From: a virus
Lineage: Duplodnaviria; Caudoviricetes
Direction: 5' to 3' (one strand)
Length of the DNA stretch: 35,544 bases
Virus record (IMG/VR): IMGVR_UViG_3300016265_000300
Span: 1-35,544 of that record
Shown here: positions 33,405-35,544 of the stretch, in pieces
Numbering within the stretch: the first letter of the stretch is position 1
Layout of the letters: every line of letters starts with the position of its first letter
Notes under the pieces: model-generated
What the model was told of the DNA's origin: nothing
Database searches by the model: none
Seen by the model: only the letters and a program-made list of their open reading frames with translations
Program-made: the position numbers and the translations under genes

Positions 33405-33545
33405 TTACTCTATACCACTGACATCTTGGTCTATGATTACTTCAAAACAGTCTTCGCACTCTATCGCATAGTTCACTGGTTCATCATCTAAACCAGAATA
33501 CTTAGCAATAACTATACTGTGATTGAAATGGCGTTCAAGTTCCAT
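33405..33545 (-). CDS. Small Zn-ribbon-like protein
   Basis: H.IVIAKY...NYAIECEDCFEVIID. Confidence 0.65.
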   Translation of the reverse strand: MELERHFNHSIVIAKYSGLDDEPVNYAIECEDCFEVIIDQDVSGIE

Positions 33546-33769
33546 CATCTCTCGCTTTCTAGCCACTCTTCGCAAATAGAGCAAGCCCACTCTAAATTAT
33601 CTGCTTGTGTGAAATCGTGGTCATTGTCAGCAAACCACTCTGCGAAACTAGGTCTTAGCCAATCGCTACAATTATCAAGGTAGTTATAGAAATGGTCATC
33701 AAAATTGCTGTCATCAACAACAACCATACCTTCATTATCGCCATAGTTTCCGTCAAGTGCTACATACAT
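33545..33769 (-). CDS. Small acidic protein
   Basis: AGAAAG RBS; MYVALDGNYG...CSIC. Confidence 0.7.
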   Translation of the reverse strand: MYVALDGNYGDNEGMVVVDDSNFDDHFYNYLDNCSDWLRPSFAEWFADNDHDFTQADNLEWACSICEEWLESER

Positions 33770-33989
33770 AGGGTTCTCTCTTTCTTTGTTTGATAAGTCT
33801 ATTTTACAGGATACCCCAGACATTTGCAAGGATTTCGTAAGGTGTTTCGTAAATCGTTATTTGGCTGTGATTTTTTGCGCAGCCTTTTGACCCCTATTGG
33901 AGAAAAAAGACTAACAAGGCTATTAGTGCCATCACAATTAGAAATGTTATCATACTCAATTATCCCATACATCTAACGCTTAGTCAAGA

Positions 33990-34706
33990 CTACTTTTTGG
34001 TAGCACTAAACAAAATGTCATTACGAGCAAAGATACATTGAGAGCATACAGCACAGGCAGAGCCAGCAGTAGAAATCATTGGCAACTTTTTATTATTCTC
34101 AGGGCAGGGCACAGCAGACTTTTCTTGTTGTTCAGCAAAATCTTTTTTACCAGTAGCAAAATCTTTGGCAAGATACGCTAACTTTACGCCATACTTCTTT
34201 TTTAGTTCCCACGCTAGTTTAGTGTTAGCACTATCAGCAGAGAAATAAAGGGCTAGGTTAGGTATGTTGATTAGCAAGGGGACAGCAAAATCACTTCTAG
34301 TATAAACCCAGAATTGAACGCTTGAATGTTTGGTGATTACATCTCTCCACGCCATTACATAAGTTTCATTGAAGAAATCTCCGTCCCAGTGAATACGGAA
34401 TAGTTTTTCAGCATTACGCTTATCGCAGTCAGCAACAAAATCAACTATCATCTCGTCAATCAGGTTATACATAGTTAGATAATCAGCATTGACTAATTGT
34501 TCATAGTTAGATACTAATACATCTCTAACACCCTTGAATACTTTTTCTAACTTGCCAGCGTAGCAGATAGTTTCGCATACGCTAGTAGCACCAGGGCAAG
34601 AATACGCCTTGCCAGAGGGTAGTCCAAAGGTATTGGCAATAACAGCCTGTTTTCCACCTTTATTTACAAGGTTAGCAACTTTTCTATCTTTAGTTCTAGT
34701 GAGCAT
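33990..34706 (-). CDS. Gp88-like protein (Cys-rich, possibly Fe-S)
   Basis: FGLPSG...CPGATSVCETICYA, FRIHWDGDF, FWVYTRS, YFSAD, CP...GSACAVCSQC. Confidence 0.75.
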   Translation of the reverse strand: MLTRTKDRKVANLVNKGGKQAVIANTFGLPSGKAYSCPGATSVCETICYAGKLEKVFKGVRDVLVSNYEQLVNADYLTMYNLIDEMIVDFVADCDKRNAEKLFRIHWDGDFFNETYVMAWRDVITKHSSVQFWVYTRSDFAVPLLINIPNLALYFSADSANTKLAWELKKKYGVKLAYLAKDFATGKKDFAEQQEKSAVPCPENNKKLPMISTAGSACAVCSQCIFARNDILFSATKK

Positions 34707-34798
34707 AGTTATCTTTCTTTAGGGGAAATACCAGTATAGCGTAATCTACTGACATTTACAATAGGCAGCTAAAAATTTGCGCAGCCCGAAGGCTACCT

Positions 34799-34921
34799 TT
34801 ACAGGTAATCAAAAATGTCGCCATCGAAGCGTTCTACTTCTAACTGCTCCATTAGTTCTGGCAAGTCCATTTCGCCAGCGTGGTATAGGTCGAATAGTTC
34901 TTGAACGTAGTTGTCGCTCAT
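34799..34921 (-). CDS. Tiny acidic protein (40 aa; not in ORF track)
   Basis: MSDNYVQELFDLYHAGEMDLPELMEQLEVERFDGDIFDYL; ATGA overlap. Confidence 0.55.
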   Translation of the reverse strand: MSDNYVQELFDLYHAGEMDLPELMEQLEVERFDGDIFDYL

Positions 34922-35067
34922 TTAGTTTGCCCCTTTACATAGTCATTGAATAACTTTGTTGCTTCTGCCTTAGTGTAGTAATAGTAGGTCATAAAAAATG
35001 ACTTGCCATTTACAATAGTAGATAAGTGCCACGCACCCTGCCTGTTTTGTTCATAAGTGATACTCAT
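34918..35067 (-). CDS. Small hypothetical protein (49 aa; not in ORF track)
   Basis: AGAAAGGA RBS; GAWHLSTIVNG...YYYYTKAEA..LF. Confidence 0.65.
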   Translation of the reverse strand: MSITYEQNRQGAWHLSTIVNGKSFFMTYYYYTKAEATKLFNDYVKGQTK

Positions 35068-35364
35068 TTAGTTCCTTTCTTGATTATCTTTATTATAGTG
35101 GCTACCACTGACATAGACTTTAGGGTTTCTGGCATACATTCTGCCGTGCCAGTTATCATAGTTTTTTTCAACAATGTCAAATTGAATACCCTGACCTTTT
35201 AGAAACTCCAGAAACAGTGGTGCTTCAACATCTTCTTCAAGGTAAATAGTTATTCCGTTGATGTAGCCATAGCCAGTGCTAAATTGAATTGCGTCTGGGT
35301 ATTCGCTTCTATCTACTTCTAGCCAAGCGTGCCCTGCGTCTGAAATAAAATTGAATGTTGCCAT
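35068..35364 (-). CDS. Hypothetical protein
   Basis: MATFNFISDAGHAWLEV...IYLEEDVEAPLF; AGAAAGG RBS. Confidence 0.75.
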   Translation of the reverse strand: MATFNFISDAGHAWLEVDRSEYPDAIQFSTGYGYINGITIYLEEDVEAPLFLEFLKGQGIQFDIVEKNYDNWHGRMYARNPKVYVSGSHYNKDNQERN

Positions 35365-35436
35365 TTTTAGCCTTTCTTTTTGGTGTATCTTAATTATAAT
35401 TGCTACCACTGACATCAAATTTTGCGCACCGAAACC

Positions 35437-35544
35437 CTAGCTTTTGCTAAGGTCAAGGGCATACTGTATAGCATCAACAACATCTCCGCTAATGTAGTAT
35501 TCAGTATCTAGGTCATCTTTGTTAGCAACAATAAACCAAGGGTT
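35437..35544 (-). CDS. 3' end of a gene truncated by the window edge
   Basis: Open frame NPWFIVANKDDLDTEYYISGDVVDAIQYALDLSKS*. Confidence 0.5.
   Translation of the reverse strand, partial: NPWFIVANKDDLDTEYYISGDVVDAIQYALDLSKS

Larger units (their letters stand above)
25711..35414 (-). promoter_or_regulatory. Dispersed promoter class TGTC(A/T)G-N10-TA(T/A)A(A/C)T, 9 copies
   Basis: 25711-25732, 29500-29521, 29798-29819, 32897-32918, 33402-33423, 33801-33822, 34733-34754, 35092-35113, 35393-35414. Confidence 0.85.
25501..35428. repeat. Dispersed TGCGCA palindrome next to an A/T tract, 9 intergenic copies
   Basis: Starts at 25501, 28447, 29901, 31107, 32288, 32975, 33876, 34778 and 35423. Confidence 0.85.

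Noticed and set aside
1-35544. Alternative genetic code or stop-codon reassignment
   Set aside because: Long genes are intact under code 11, TAA/TAG/TGA all end genes at tight junctions, and there is no suppressor tRNA.
1-35544. Integrase, transposase, reverse transcriptase/DGR, rRNA or tmRNA
   Set aside because: No recognisable motifs for any of these in the window.

Overview
A 35.5-kb, AT-rich segment of a large tailed-phage (Caudoviricetes) genome. The host is most likely an Actinobacterium, inferred from whiB, an FmdB-type zinc ribbon, an MSMEG_6728-like glycosylase, AGAAAG-type RBSs and many leaderless starts. The + strand (1-24844) carries primase, SSB, DnaE, MazG-like, RecA, two resolvases, a Cas4-like nuclease, terminase small and large subunits, a secreted PA14 protein, three tRNAs, an M23 peptidase, glycosyltransferases, WhiB, thioredoxin and an inverted pstS. 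A ~700-bp non-coding convergence zone (24845-25538) holds a phased cluster of DnaA boxes. From 25539 on, the - strand carries short, promoter-led cassettes of small, mostly acidic proteins, plus DUF932, a Gp88-like gene and tRNA-Glu. The most interesting signals are non-coding: (i) a ~28-34-nt H-type pseudoknot motif in five copies with compensatory changes, at cassette 3' ends; (ii) nine TGCGCA sites, which are the only GCGC tetramers I found in a window that otherwise avoids GCGC; (iii) nine promoters with a fixed TGTCAG-N10-TA(T/A)AAT architecture; (iv) a textbook-looking -1 frameshift that would add a membrane anchor to the PA14 protein; (v) two tRNA-sized hairpin RNAs sharing a motif inside the tRNA cluster; (vi) a PHO-box-like repeat upstream of pstS. 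All family assignments come from motif recognition by eye, not from database searches.
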